From assembly GCA_934141445.1 (NCBI GenBank), contig CAKPCF010000004.1, positions 15,526-79,525 on the forward strand: a stretch of DNA of 64,000 nt, given 5' to 3'. Source of the DNA: an uncultured Clostridia bacterium (lineage in GTDB: Bacteria > Bacillota > Clostridia > TANB77 > CAG-508). The position numbers were made by a program, and so were the translations under genes. The notes below the pieces were generated by a model. The model ran no database searches. It had not been told where the DNA came from and saw nothing but the letters and a program-made list of their open reading frames with translations. Shown here piece by piece: positions 38,535 to 48,655 of the stretch; position 1 is the stretch's first letter; every line of letters begins with the position of its first letter.

Positions 38535-40478
38535 TTATTTTTCATCTTTTTTAGATTCTTCTAGTTTCTTTTTGTTTAAAACTTCTGGATCTCTAAATGT
38601 TGGAACAACTTTTTTTATTGTTTCTTTAATATCATCATATTGTAAATTTTCTTTTTTCAATTCTTCAGATAGTATATTTAATTTTTTATCTATATCTTTC
38701 ATTGTAATGTCTAGTGGTTCTGCAATAAATATTTTATTATGACTTGTTTTGTCTAATCCTTCTTCACTCATTAGAACTTCTTCGTAAAGCTTTTCACCAG
38801 GTCTTAATCCAGTTACCTCAATTCTAATGTCTTTATTTGGAACTAATCCAGCAAGTCTTATTAAGCTTTCTGCCAAGTCATATATCTTAACAGGTTTTCC
38901 CATATCTAATACAAATATTTCTCCACCTTTTGCATAAGTCATAGCTTGTAAAACAAGCCCTACTGCTTCTGGAATTGTCATAAAAAATCTAGTTATCTCT
39001 TTGTGTGTTACTGTAACAGGTCCACCTCTCATAATTTGTTTTTTGAACAAAGGAACTACTGAACCATTGCTTCCTAAAACATTTCCAAATCTAACTGCTG
39101 CATATTCAGTTTCGCTCTCTTTGTTTTTTGCTTGAATTATCATCTCACAAATTCTTTTTGTAGCACCCATTATATTTGTAGGGTTTACAGCTTTATCTGT
39201 AGAAATTTGTATAAATTTCTTTACTTTATATTTATCTGCTGCATTTATTACATTTAGTGTTCCAAAAACATTATTTTTTATAGCTTCTTGTGGGCTATTT
39301 TCCATTAAAGGCACATGTTTATGAGCTGCTGCATGGAATACTAAAAATGGTTTGTATTTTTCAAAAATTTCATCTATTCTCTTTTTATCTCTAATACTTG
39401 CAATTATTGCATTTATTTTAGCATCTGGATATCTTTCTTTTAATTCAAGTTCTATATCATATAAGCTATTTTCGTAAATATCAACCATAACAAGTCTTTC
39501 TGGCTCATAACTCATTATCTGTCTACAAAGTTCAGAACCAATTGAACCTCCACCACCAGTTACTAAAATAGTATGGTCTTTTATTAAGCTTTTGATATTT
39601 CTATTATCTAGTTTGATTGGGTCTCTTCCTAAAACATCTTCGATTTCAATATCTCTTAAATTATCCATTAAGTTTTGATTTTTATTTCTAATTATATTTT
39701 GCAAGCCTGGTAAAATTCTAACTTTTGCTTGTGTTTGTTGACAAATATTAAGAATTTCCTTTTTATTTTTATTATCTATTTTGGCTATTGAGAAAAATAT
39801 TAAATTAACATCATTTTCTTCACAAATTCTTACTATATCATTTCTATTTCCTAAAACAGAAACACCTGAAATGGTATGTTTTAATTTATTTGGATTATCA
39901 TCTATAATACCTACTATATTGTAGCATTCTTTCATAGTATCATTTATAGTCTTTATTATCTCATTGCTTGCACTTCCAGCTCCAATAATTAGTAAATTAC
40001 TTTTAGGTTCTGCATTAACTTCATCTATGTGATTTTTTCTAAAAATTTCTGATGATGCAATAAATTTTATTGCTAATCTGTAAGCAATCATCATTATTGA
40101 AATAAATATACTAGCTAATATATTTAACTTAAAAGCTGAAATTACGATATTTAATTCTGCAAGTGGATATCTTAATAAAGAAATAATTATAGCAGAGCCC
40201 ATACACAATAAAATGTATAATATGTAATCTCTACCATTTTCATATCTAGTTATTTTTCTATATACTTTTGATACATGAAAAACAATTTGATATACTAAAA
40301 TTGAAACAATTAAAGAATTTACTAATCTTGTTGAATAGTAATCTGTAAAATGTATTGTGTCTGATACGAATATCGTTCCTAAAATATAAGCAATTACAAC
40401 TATTGCAATATCTATAAAAGACAATATCAAAGTTCTGTTTCTTGTTAAATGTCTTTTAATTTTTTCTATTTTTTCCAC
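38535..40478 (-). CDS. Membrane-bound UDP-sugar 4,6-dehydratase (CapD/PglF-like polysaccharide biosynthesis protein)
   Basis: 647 aa. Four N-terminal TM helices, VTGGGGSIGSEL Rossmann motif, and an SDR core (ISTDKAVNPTNIMGATK). Confidence 0.85.
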   Translation of the reverse strand: MEKIEKIKRHLTRNRTLILSFIDIAIVVIAYILGTIFVSDTIHFTDYYSTRLVNSLIVSILVYQIVFHVSKVYRKITRYENGRDYILYILLCMGSAIIISLLRYPLAELNIVISAFKLNILASIFISIMMIAYRLAIKFIASSEIFRKNHIDEVNAEPKSNLLIIGAGSASNEIIKTINDTMKECYNIVGIIDDNPNKLKHTISGVSVLGNRNDIVRICEENDVNLIFFSIAKIDNKNKKEILNICQQTQAKVRILPGLQNIIRNKNQNLMDNLRDIEIEDVLGRDPIKLDNRNIKSLIKDHTILVTGGGGSIGSELCRQIMSYEPERLVMVDIYENSLYDIELELKERYPDAKINAIIASIRDKKRIDEIFEKYKPFLVFHAAAHKHVPLMENSPQEAIKNNVFGTLNVINAADKYKVKKFIQISTDKAVNPTNIMGATKRICEMIIQAKNKESETEYAAVRFGNVLGSNGSVVPLFKKQIMRGGPVTVTHKEITRFFMTIPEAVGLVLQAMTYAKGGEIFVLDMGKPVKIYDLAESLIRLAGLVPNKDIRIEVTGLRPGEKLYEEVLMSEEGLDKTSHNKIFIAEPLDITMKDIDKKLNILSEELKKENLQYDDIKETIKKVVPTFRDPEVLNKKKLEESKKDEK

Positions 40479-40640
40479 TTTATTTTCCCCCGAAATAATT
40501 ATAGTATTTTGCTTTTCCTATTCTATCATTATAGAATTCTTTTTTCAACAAAAATAGCAAATTTTTTATATATTTCAGCTTTTTCACTTAGAATCATGTT
40601 TTATGATTATTCTATAAATGTAATTTTATGCGCTTTTGTA

Positions 40641-40670
40641 CAAAAAATCAGCATACCAATATATGCTGAT
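40641..40670 (-). terminator. Terminator after the phosphodiester glycosidase gene
   Basis: ATCAGCATA (40647-40655) pairs with TATGCTGAT (40662-40670). A minus-strand U-run comes from the A-run at 40642-40646. Confidence 0.7.
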
Positions 40671-40686
40671 TTCTATAATTTAATAC

Positions 40687-41859
40687 TTATTTTAATTTAT
40701 TTGCTACAACAGAATGGTCACTATCATCACTTTCATCTTTTGTAACAATGAAAGCTGTTGAAATAGGTCTTGTTTTATGAGCACCTGAACTATCAATTGG
40801 GTCATTTACAATTGTATCACCTACAACTAATACGCTTGAAGTTCCACCATCAAGATTTGCAGCATTATATGCTCCATATCTTTCCATAACTTCTATTAAA
40901 TCATCCATATCTGCACCAGGTTTTGTTGCTGTTCTACCATCAAGAACTAAGAATAATACTATTCCATCTTTTCTTTGACCAATTGCTGTTCTTGGAGCTG
41001 TTCCCCAGCCACCATTTCCTAAAACTTCTGATGATTTACCGTTTACTATTAAGAATGGTCCAAATGTAACAGCATCTCTTATTTTCATTTTTTTTGCTTC
41101 AGTAACTGTCATTTTTCCTAAAACAAATTTATCATCTTCTGTGAAACCAATGATACCACCAGGACCTTTATAAGAATTAGTTGTAACATATTTTCCATTT
41201 ACAACTGTAATTCCAAGTGGAGAACCACCTGTACTATTATAGTTTGGATCATCGAATCCACCACCATTTATTGCTATTAAAGCATCATTATCTCGAGCCA
41301 TTGTTGTAACATATTGTCCTGTTACACCAAGCTTTGAAGTTACAACAGTTTTTACTCTCGATGGATCATATACAGCAACTAAATAACCTGAATAGCCTTT
41401 TCCAGTGATATTTATTATTTTGTAATCGTTATTTTTTTCATCTCTTTCTAGTATTTGTCTTTCATATTCATTTGCATATTCTGTTGTTTTATTATCTGCA
41501 GTGTCAATTTGTGATGTATCTGTTGTTTCATCTGTTTCTACTACTTTATTTTTTCCAAGTACACTATTTATTACTTCATCATCATAAAACCATGTTGCAA
41601 AATATTGATGTGTCATAGTTGTCATTGCTGTTGTTACTAACCAATCACGAAATCCATTATATGGTCCATATAGCAAAACTAAAACAGCTATTATTCCTAT
41701 TATTCCTAATCTAAACAAATGTGTAAAAACTATCTTTACTTTATTGCCAGTTGTATATTTTTCTTTATCTTCTTTTTTACCATTTTTTCTTTCTCTTTTT
41801 GCTTTTTTTAATTCATCTCTTTCTGATTTAATTTCTTTGTCAATTGTACTACTTCTCAT
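40687..41859 (-). CDS. Phosphodiester glycosidase family protein (NAGPA-like, membrane-anchored)
   Basis: Basic N-terminus plus TM helix, then AINGGGFDDPNYNSTGGSPLG and NLDGGTSS motifs. Confidence 0.75.
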   Translation of the reverse strand: MRSSTIDKEIKSERDELKKAKRERKNGKKEDKEKYTTGNKVKIVFTHLFRLGIIGIIAVLVLLYGPYNGFRDWLVTTAMTTMTHQYFATWFYDDEVINSVLGKNKVVETDETTDTSQIDTADNKTTEYANEYERQILERDEKNNDYKIINITGKGYSGYLVAVYDPSRVKTVVTSKLGVTGQYVTTMARDNDALIAINGGGFDDPNYNSTGGSPLGITVVNGKYVTTNSYKGPGGIIGFTEDDKFVLGKMTVTEAKKMKIRDAVTFGPFLIVNGKSSEVLGNGGWGTAPRTAIGQRKDGIVLFLVLDGRTATKPGADMDDLIEVMERYGAYNAANLDGGTSSVLVVGDTIVNDPIDSSGAHKTRPISTAFIVTKDESDDSDHSVVANKLK

Positions 41860-42043
41860 ACTTTTTCTTCGTATACTAATATACGTTTTCTCCTCTCATA
41901 TAATTGATTATGTAATGAATTTTGTATAAACATTTCATTTTTTCTTGTTCATACAATACATATTATACATAAATTTATATGATGTGTCTAGTATTTCTCT
42001 AAATTTTTAATATTATCTTAATTTTATAATTATATCTATATTT

Positions 42044-42979
42044 CTATACAAACAGTGTAAATACATAAAATGCAAAAGTTAGCAATAATAAACTTCCTTC
42101 GATTTTTCCTATCGAATGTTTCTTTTTCAAAACACTTATCGCCCAAATTATAAAGCTCGAAACAAATAAAATTATTATATTTTCATTAAATGAAATCGTA
42201 TATTCTACTGGACTTATAATTGCTGTAACTCCCAATACTAATAACAAGTTAAATATATTCGAACCTATTACATTTCCCATCGCAATTTCTTCGTTTCCTT
42301 TAAATGCCGCAACTATTCCAGTTACAAGCTCTGGCAAGCTAGTTCCTATTGATATAATTGTAAGTCCTATTACTTTCTCACTTAAGCCTAAAATTCTCGC
42401 AATTTCAGTAGAATAATCTACTACAAAATCTCCACCAAATTTCAAAAGTACTATTCCTAAAACTATATATATTAGACTTCTTTTGGTTGAAATCGGTTCA
42501 TCACTTTCTTCTTTATATTCCAATAAACCACTTTTCATTCTAATAAATAATTGTAGTAAAAATATTGTAAGAAATAATATTAAAAATATTCCTTCAATAT
42601 TTGAAACTCTGCCATTGAAATTTCCAAAAACAGCAATTAAGAAAATTGAAATTAAATATATTGGAAAATCTGCTTTTCTAGTATCTTCATCTACATTTAT
42701 CTCTTTTACTAAACTAGTTGCTCCTAAAACTAACAACAAATTACATATACAACTGCCTATAACATTGCCAATAGAAACATCTGCCATTCCCTTAAGTGAT
42801 GATTGAACACTTATAATCAGCTCTGGCAAGCTAGTTCCTATAGAAACTAAAGTAAGTCCTATTACTATTTTAGGAATTTTTAGTCTAATAGCAATATTCT
42901 CCGAACCTTTTACTAATAAATCTGCTCCTTTCACAAGCATTATGAATCCTAATATTATCATTGCAACTTTGAAAATCAT
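42044..42979 (-). CDS. Ca2+/Na+ antiporter (CaCA/YrbG family)
   Basis: Two alpha-repeats (GTSLPEL twice, GNVIGS twice). I moved the start to the ATG 7 nt after AAGGAAG. Confidence 0.85.
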   Translation of the reverse strand: MIFKVAMIILGFIMLVKGADLLVKGSENIAIRLKIPKIVIGLTLVSIGTSLPELIISVQSSLKGMADVSIGNVIGSCICNLLLVLGATSLVKEINVDEDTRKADFPIYLISIFLIAVFGNFNGRVSNIEGIFLILFLTIFLLQLFIRMKSGLLEYKEESDEPISTKRSLIYIVLGIVLLKFGGDFVVDYSTEIARILGLSEKVIGLTIISIGTSLPELVTGIVAAFKGNEEIAMGNVIGSNIFNLLLVLGVTAIISPVEYTISFNENIIILFVSSFIIWAISVLKKKHSIGKIEGSLLLLTFAFYVFTLFV

Positions 42980-43117
42980 AAATAACTTCCTTTTCTCTGT
43001 CCTTAATTTTTTATTATTATTCTTTGCAATAATAAAATTAGTATGCATTTAAAAGTTTTTGTAATTGAATACAAAAACTTTTGTTTTATTTGCTTTTTTG
43101 ATACTTATGTGTTAATT

Positions 43118-43759
43118 TTAATTAGCTTTCTTGTGCCAAAATACTACTTTTAAATGTCTAAGTTTAAATATAAAAGCTCCTAATACAGCTACTGTAGCAC
43201 CACAAGTGTCAATTAAAACATCTGTAAATCTGCTAGTTCTTCCTACAATAAATTTTTGATGAAATTCATCAGTACAAGCATATAAAAAGCAAAATAGTAT
43301 TGTAACTAATAAGTATTGCCATTTTACTTTTCCTTTGCTTTGATATATTAAATTTATAAATAATAAAGCTAGCACAAAAAATTCGCTTGCATGAGCGAAT
43401 TTTCTAACCTTTACTTCGTATTTTTTTACAATTTTATTTATTTTTGCTTGTCTTTCTTTTTCTTGTTCTTCTTTAGTCTTAATATCATCCACTACTGAAT
43501 TTGTGCTATTTTTTATATCATTTGTTTTACCTTGTGCAAGTGTATTTGATGCATCAGAATTAGTAAAATTTAAACTATTGCTCGTGTTAGAGTTCTCAAC
43601 CGCATTGCTTGAAACAGCCTGTGTTACTTTTAAAGCATCCTCTATTAAGCCTTTACTTGTTGAATGAGATTCTGCTCCAGTCATCTCGGACATTGTAAAA
43701 ATAAGTAACATCCACGCAATTATTAAAATTATAGAAATTATTTTTTTAGTCTTATTCAA
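43118..43759 (-). CDS. VanZ-family membrane protein
   Basis: HASEFFVLALL, DEFHQ.F..GR, DVLIDTCGA. Confidence 0.8.
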   Translation of the reverse strand: MNKTKKIISIILIIAWMLLIFTMSEMTGAESHSTSKGLIEDALKVTQAVSSNAVENSNTSNSLNFTNSDASNTLAQGKTNDIKNSTNSVVDDIKTKEEQEKERQAKINKIVKKYEVKVRKFAHASEFFVLALLFINLIYQSKGKVKWQYLLVTILFCFLYACTDEFHQKFIVGRTSRFTDVLIDTCGATVAVLGAFIFKLRHLKVVFWHKKAN

Positions 43760-43881
43760 TTTTGTTAGATTTATCTCCTTTTTAATTCACATTATTCTTA
43801 ATGTCATTTCTCATATATATTATATATATCATAAAATAAAGTATTTATACTAGTTTTTAATATACATTTTTTATTATAAGT

Positions 43882-44961
43882 CTATTTTTCAAAAATATCT
43901 TCTCTTAATATATCCCATAGCAATTGCATCATTATTGCTGTTATTGGTAAACTTAAATAATCTGAATTTTCACTATTAGCATGTGCTATATTGTTTCTCA
44001 CGTTTAGTTCTTCTGGCTTAAATAGCATATTTAATAACTTTGAGTATTCTTTCTTAAAAAATGAATTTATATATTTAGAAGTTATCATATTTCCTAAAGT
44101 AATCTTTGAATTTTTGCCATTTTCGATATCAATAAATTCTTTAAAGAAAATCAATTTAGTGTCTTTGTCTTCTTCTGTTACTATTTTGTATTTTAAGAAC
44201 ATATCGTATAAAAATTTTCTTCCATATTTTGGGTTGCATGGAATTTCTTTTACCATTTCACTACTTAAAAAAATATCATAAAATTTTTGTTCTTCTTCAG
44301 TAAGTATTATTTTTTCCAATTTAATTTTTTGAGATAGTTCTTCAAATAAGCTATACATTATTTTGCTATCTAATTGAATTATTAAAAATCTTTCTATTAA
44401 AGTTGGTAATATAAAAGTTGTTCCATAGGCATGTTCATTCGTTATAACTGTTAGCTTTGTTTGACCATTTTTAGCCATTTCTTGTGCCAGCCTGTCCATA
44501 TTTTGTTTTCCAATATATAAAGTATCTAAATATTCTTTTAAAGCTCTATCATATATTTCTTCAAATCTGATAGTAGTTTTCATATTTGATATTACTGGTA
44601 TTCTTTTAGATAACTCTGGATTTAATATTAAATTTGTATGATAGTTCAAATAAATATTTCCTAAATAATATATAAAAGATAATTTAGCTATATGTTTATT
44701 TATAAGTAATTTCTTTTCATTCTCACTTTCAAAACTCCCCTTTGGTTCTGGAAAAGTAGAATTTTTAACATCAAACTTAATTATTTTATATACATCATCT
44801 AATATCTTAGTTTTTAATTCAGCTCTTTTTGCTTTATCTTGCTCTTGTATAAGTTCAACTACTTTTTTATCTATGTATTGTAACATCGGTTCTGGATTAG
44901 TAAGATATAGATTGTTTTTATTATTCATATTATAATTTTTCTTGTATAAAAAATCTTCCAT
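43882..44961 (-). CDS. HEPN-domain protein (putative RNase toxin / abortive-infection-type)
   Basis: 359 aa. The Rx4H motif RNNIAH is encoded at 43998-43981 (verified by hand), 32 residues from the C-terminus and embedded in predicted helices. An AAAGGAG RBS is present. The N-terminal 300 aa belong to no family I recognise. Confidence 0.6.
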   Translation of the reverse strand: MEDFLYKKNYNMNNKNNLYLTNPEPMLQYIDKKVVELIQEQDKAKRAELKTKILDDVYKIIKFDVKNSTFPEPKGSFESENEKKLLINKHIAKLSFIYYLGNIYLNYHTNLILNPELSKRIPVISNMKTTIRFEEIYDRALKEYLDTLYIGKQNMDRLAQEMAKNGQTKLTVITNEHAYGTTFILPTLIERFLIIQLDSKIMYSLFEELSQKIKLEKIILTEEEQKFYDIFLSSEMVKEIPCNPKYGRKFLYDMFLKYKIVTEEDKDTKLIFFKEFIDIENGKNSKITLGNMITSKYINSFFKKEYSKLLNMLFKPEELNVRNNIAHANSENSDYLSLPITAIMMQLLWDILREDIFEK

Positions 44962-44983
44962 ATAACTCCTTTAGTTTTATTAT

Positions 44984-45184
44984 CTATTTTTCCATTTTCT
45001 TTATTAGTTTAGCAATATCTAATTTTTCTAGTTCTGAACTTTCAGTCTTTTCTATGTAGTCTATTGCATTTTCTATCCATAGATTCTTGTTTCCTGTGTA
45101 TGCTATTTTAGCATCATTTAAATTTGTTTCTAATTCTCCGTTCTTTAAAATTAAAACATTTTTGTCTGCCAGTTCATCTAGCAT
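44984..45184 (-). CDS. Hypothetical 66-aa acidic protein, upstream partner of the HEPN gene
   Basis: ORF track. It lies 22 nt upstream of the HEPN start on the same strand. The RBS is weak and the family unknown. Confidence 0.4.
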   Translation of the reverse strand: MLDELADKNVLILKNGELETNLNDAKIAYTGNKNLWIENAIDYIEKTESSELEKLDIAKLIKKMEK

Positions 45185-45295
45185 TTACTCAATACCATTT
45201 TTCTTAATAAGTCATCAATTTTAAACATGTTTGAGTTAGATTGGAATCACTTTAGGAAAAATATAAGTTGTCTAAATTCCAGAATATCTAAAAGA

Positions 45296-46393
45296 TTACT
45301 TTATACTATCTAATTTAATTTTTACTTTTAGCTTTTCAAATATTTGATATATAATATTTTTAAAATGCTTTTCAAATAATATTATTCTTGTTTTATCTAT
45401 CGCTGTACATACAACAAAAATAAAGAATACTTTAACTATTACATGTGTAATTAAAAAATTAGAATTTAAATAAGTTGCATTCGGTGAAAGTTCATTCCAT
45501 AACCAATAACTAATCGTTCTATTATCAGATATTAAATAAACCCCTAATACAGAAGATGAAATCCAATTTATAAAGTTTGATTTTAATTCAATATTTTTAA
45601 ATATTAAAAACATTGAAACTGATGCCACTATACATAAAAAGCTATTTTGAGTTGAAAAATATGTTGCTTTACTTAATAGTTTATTTGCATGTAAAATTTC
45701 ACTTATGAAATCTATAAAAATTGGTGACAAAAATAATAATATTATTGAAATTATAGATATAATTTTTGTTTTTATAGATAATTTATTATCATGATATAAT
45801 CTTATATATGCACCTAACATATACATAAAAATAAATATATCAATATTGCTAAATCTCCATGCTTCTGCAGTAAAAGTTGGAACGATACTCAATATAATAA
45901 ATAATGTTAAAAGTAATTTCTTAAAAGTGATTTCATCCAATTGCTCAATTAATTTATTTATATATGGAATCAGCATATATAACATAATATAGAATATAAT
46001 GAACCAATTACCCCAAAAAATTGGAAATATCGCTTTTATAAAATTCTTAATATTAAATTTTGTAATGCCACTAACTATGCCTATCATCATAAATAAAATT
46101 GAGTAAAATAGCATTTCACCAATTAATAATATTATCTTTTTATAATTTACTTTAGATGTAATCATAAAATATCCAGTTATTAAAATAAATATATTACAAG
46201 CAAATTTACCACCCATTGAAATAATCTGCAAAACATATACATTAAAATTTAATTTTTCAATATCAAATTCTGTATGAACTACATAATGATGTAATATAAT
46301 TAAAGCCATACAAAAAATTCTTAATAGTTCAATACTAGAAATTCTGCTTTTAGTTGAATTGTCAGCTTTTATCATTTTCTTTTTTCCTCTCAT
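45296..46393 (-). CDS. Acyltransferase-3 family membrane O-acyltransferase
   Basis: SIELLRIFCMALIILHH start motif and 10 TM helices. Confidence 0.8.
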   Translation of the reverse strand: MRGKKKMIKADNSTKSRISSIELLRIFCMALIILHHYVVHTEFDIEKLNFNVYVLQIISMGGKFACNIFILITGYFMITSKVNYKKIILLIGEMLFYSILFMMIGIVSGITKFNIKNFIKAIFPIFWGNWFIIFYIMLYMLIPYINKLIEQLDEITFKKLLLTLFIILSIVPTFTAEAWRFSNIDIFIFMYMLGAYIRLYHDNKLSIKTKIISIISIILLFLSPIFIDFISEILHANKLLSKATYFSTQNSFLCIVASVSMFLIFKNIELKSNFINWISSSVLGVYLISDNRTISYWLWNELSPNATYLNSNFLITHVIVKVFFIFVVCTAIDKTRIILFEKHFKNIIYQIFEKLKVKIKLDSIK

Positions 46394-47768
46394 TTTTTAA
46401 CTTTTTTATGCTATTATTTAACATTTCATAACATTCTTTTATTACATTTTTATTTAATATCCATGTCAAAGCTATAAACATAACTAAATATATAATGCCA
46501 CCAGCTAGCCAATTAAAGCATTGTGTACAAATAAGAAAAAATATAGTTAATGAAAACATATATATATACATCTTTTTGGTAATTTTAACATTTTTCAGAT
46601 CATAAGTAGAATATATTACCCAAGTAATTAAAGTTAGTACCGTTGCAAAGGCTATTGAAATAGTATTTTTAAAAATAACAACTGCTATAATATTATATAT
46701 AATTGAAATCATTAGCATACTAACAACTACTTTAAAATATTTTTTTTCATTTTTATTTACTTTATATAAATTAACATATAAAGCATTAATCAATATCATA
46801 TATGGAAACACTGAAAATGTTATTGCTATTATATTTAATGATAGTATATATTTTTTCATAAAATATTTTACTATAAATGCTAATGCAAAATATCCTAAAC
46901 TTGCAAATCCGCCTAAAGTAATTAAATAGTTCTTTAATTTTTCTATGCTTTCATTACTATTATTAGTAAATAAGTAATTATAAAATGTAACTGAAATAGC
47001 ATTAAATAATGTATTTATTATATTTAACATAGAAACAGCAAAAGAATAATATGCAAAATCTTCTGTGGTTAAAAATAATTTAACAAACCATTTATCAATT
47101 CCAAATAATGCAACTACAGATAAGTTTCCTAATAATACAAGAATCCCCATTTTAGTAACATTTTTTATATCTGTTGGTTTTATAGGTTTAATATTGCCAT
47201 AGTTTTTTCTTAATTTAATTTCAAAAATCATTAAAGTTACACTATGACTTATAAATATTGCTAAACAATACAAAACATAGATTTTGCTTTTTAATAAAAG
47301 TGCCAAAATTATATTTAGAGCAGTATAAATCAAAGTATATACCTTTATAACTTTTGTATATTGATTAAATTCTCCAGTTGCTTGAAAAACACCTTTGTAA
47401 AAAGTACATAAATTTGCAGGCAAAATAGTTATTGCAAATAATATAAAAACTAAATTTTCTGTCAAAATTCCTATCAATAAAATCAATAAACTGATTATCA
47501 TTTCAGCAATTGATATAAATTTATGTTCGCCTTTTAAAATTCCTTTATCTATATTTTTAAAGTTTTTTCCGCCATATTTTATAGATAAGCCATCTAAATA
47601 TCCAAAGTGAAGTAACCCTACATATGAAATTAAAAGCGTATAAGTTTTTAATTCTGCATATTCTTTTATTGGTAATATTGCTGGAACTACAAATCCAACA
47701 ATTATCCCTGCTAATAGTTGAATAAAATTAGCTGAAAATACTTTAGTTATAGCTTTTTTTATATTCAT
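46362..47768 (-). CDS. Oligosaccharide flippase (Wzx-like), locus B
   Basis: 468 aa with about 12-14 TM helices. Assigned by MOP-flippase-like topology and context. Confidence 0.65.
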   Translation of the reverse strand: MNIKKAITKVFSANFIQLLAGIIVGFVVPAILPIKEYAELKTYTLLISYVGLLHFGYLDGLSIKYGGKNFKNIDKGILKGEHKFISIAEMIISLLILLIGILTENLVFILFAITILPANLCTFYKGVFQATGEFNQYTKVIKVYTLIYTALNIILALLLKSKIYVLYCLAIFISHSVTLMIFEIKLRKNYGNIKPIKPTDIKNVTKMGILVLLGNLSVVALFGIDKWFVKLFLTTEDFAYYSFAVSMLNIINTLFNAISVTFYNYLFTNNSNESIEKLKNYLITLGGFASLGYFALAFIVKYFMKKYILSLNIIAITFSVFPYMILINALYVNLYKVNKNEKKYFKVVVSMLMISIIYNIIAVVIFKNTISIAFATVLTLITWVIYSTYDLKNVKITKKMYIYMFSLTIFFLICTQCFNWLAGGIIYLVMFIALTWILNKNVIKECYEMLNNSIKKLKNERKKENDKS

Positions 47769-48655
47769 TATTTTTTACTCTCTTTCATATCCTCATCAAT
47801 TAAATTTTTAAAAGCTTCTAAAGATTTACACATACAATTATTCATAAAAATAGACTTTTTCACATACGATTTGTATGTAGCATTTGTAGCAACATCTTCA
47901 TGATGTAAAACTTTAATTTCCGGACTATATACTCTAAGCCAACTATTTTTTTCACATTCATAGTCTAAAATTTGTGCTTCACAATAGAATTTGGTTTCTG
48001 GATAAAATACATACTTTCTATTATCTATAAAATCTCTTGAAAAAATCAAACAAGAACCATGTAATGTTTTATTATATTGTTTTTCTAAATAGCCTGCTTG
48101 ATTTTTTATTTTTCTATTTTTTATTGATTTAACTATTTTTTCTAAAAATGGTATTTTTTTCAAAAAAGCCTTTATGTACAATTGTTTTTTAGTGATTCTT
48201 TTCATGTGTTCTAATTCTTTTAAAATTTTTTCTTTTGTTCTAATTGTTCTAACTTCTGGATTTTGGTGAATCTTATTGGAAGTAGAATATACATCTGGTG
48301 CTAAAACAAAAAACTTATCTTGTTCATACAATTCATAAATTTTTTCACAAAAATCATTTTGATTAATTTCCATATCATTATTCATTGCTACAATAAAATC
48401 AACATCTGTAAAATTTTCTTTTACATAGTTAAATCCGAAATTATTTCCATTTGCAAATCCTAAATTTTCTGAGGTTTGTAATAAAATAACATCTTTATTA
48501 TTAATATAGTATTCATTTAATTTATTAAATGAATCATTTGGTGAACAATTATCTACTATTACAATTTTTTTACTTCCATCTAATTTTAAAATTGAATCAA
48601 CACATTTTTCTGTTTCTTTCTCTACCATATAATGTAATATTATAAAATAAATCAT
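47768..48655 (-). CDS. GT2-family glycosyltransferase
   Basis: IVIVDNCSPNDS, GFANGNNFG, and the DxD region MNNDME. Confidence 0.8.
   Translation of the reverse strand: MIYFIILHYMVEKETEKCVDSILKLDGSKKIVIVDNCSPNDSFNKLNEYYINNKDVILLQTSENLGFANGNNFGFNYVKENFTDVDFIVAMNNDMEINQNDFCEKIYELYEQDKFFVLAPDVYSTSNKIHQNPEVRTIRTKEKILKELEHMKRITKKQLYIKAFLKKIPFLEKIVKSIKNRKIKNQAGYLEKQYNKTLHGSCLIFSRDFIDNRKYVFYPETKFYCEAQILDYECEKNSWLRVYSPEIKVLHHEDVATNATYKSYVKKSIFMNNCMCKSLEAFKNLIDEDMKESKK

Noticed and set aside
44984-45295. The 66-aa ORF could be the C-terminal remnant of a degraded larger gene (its KNVLILKNGELE segment vaguely recalls TOPRIM/OLD-type ..ILVEGETE..).
   Set aside because: An in-frame TAA lies directly upstream of its ATG, and the other two frames of 45185-45295 contain only very short open stretches. 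The resemblance is too weak to call.
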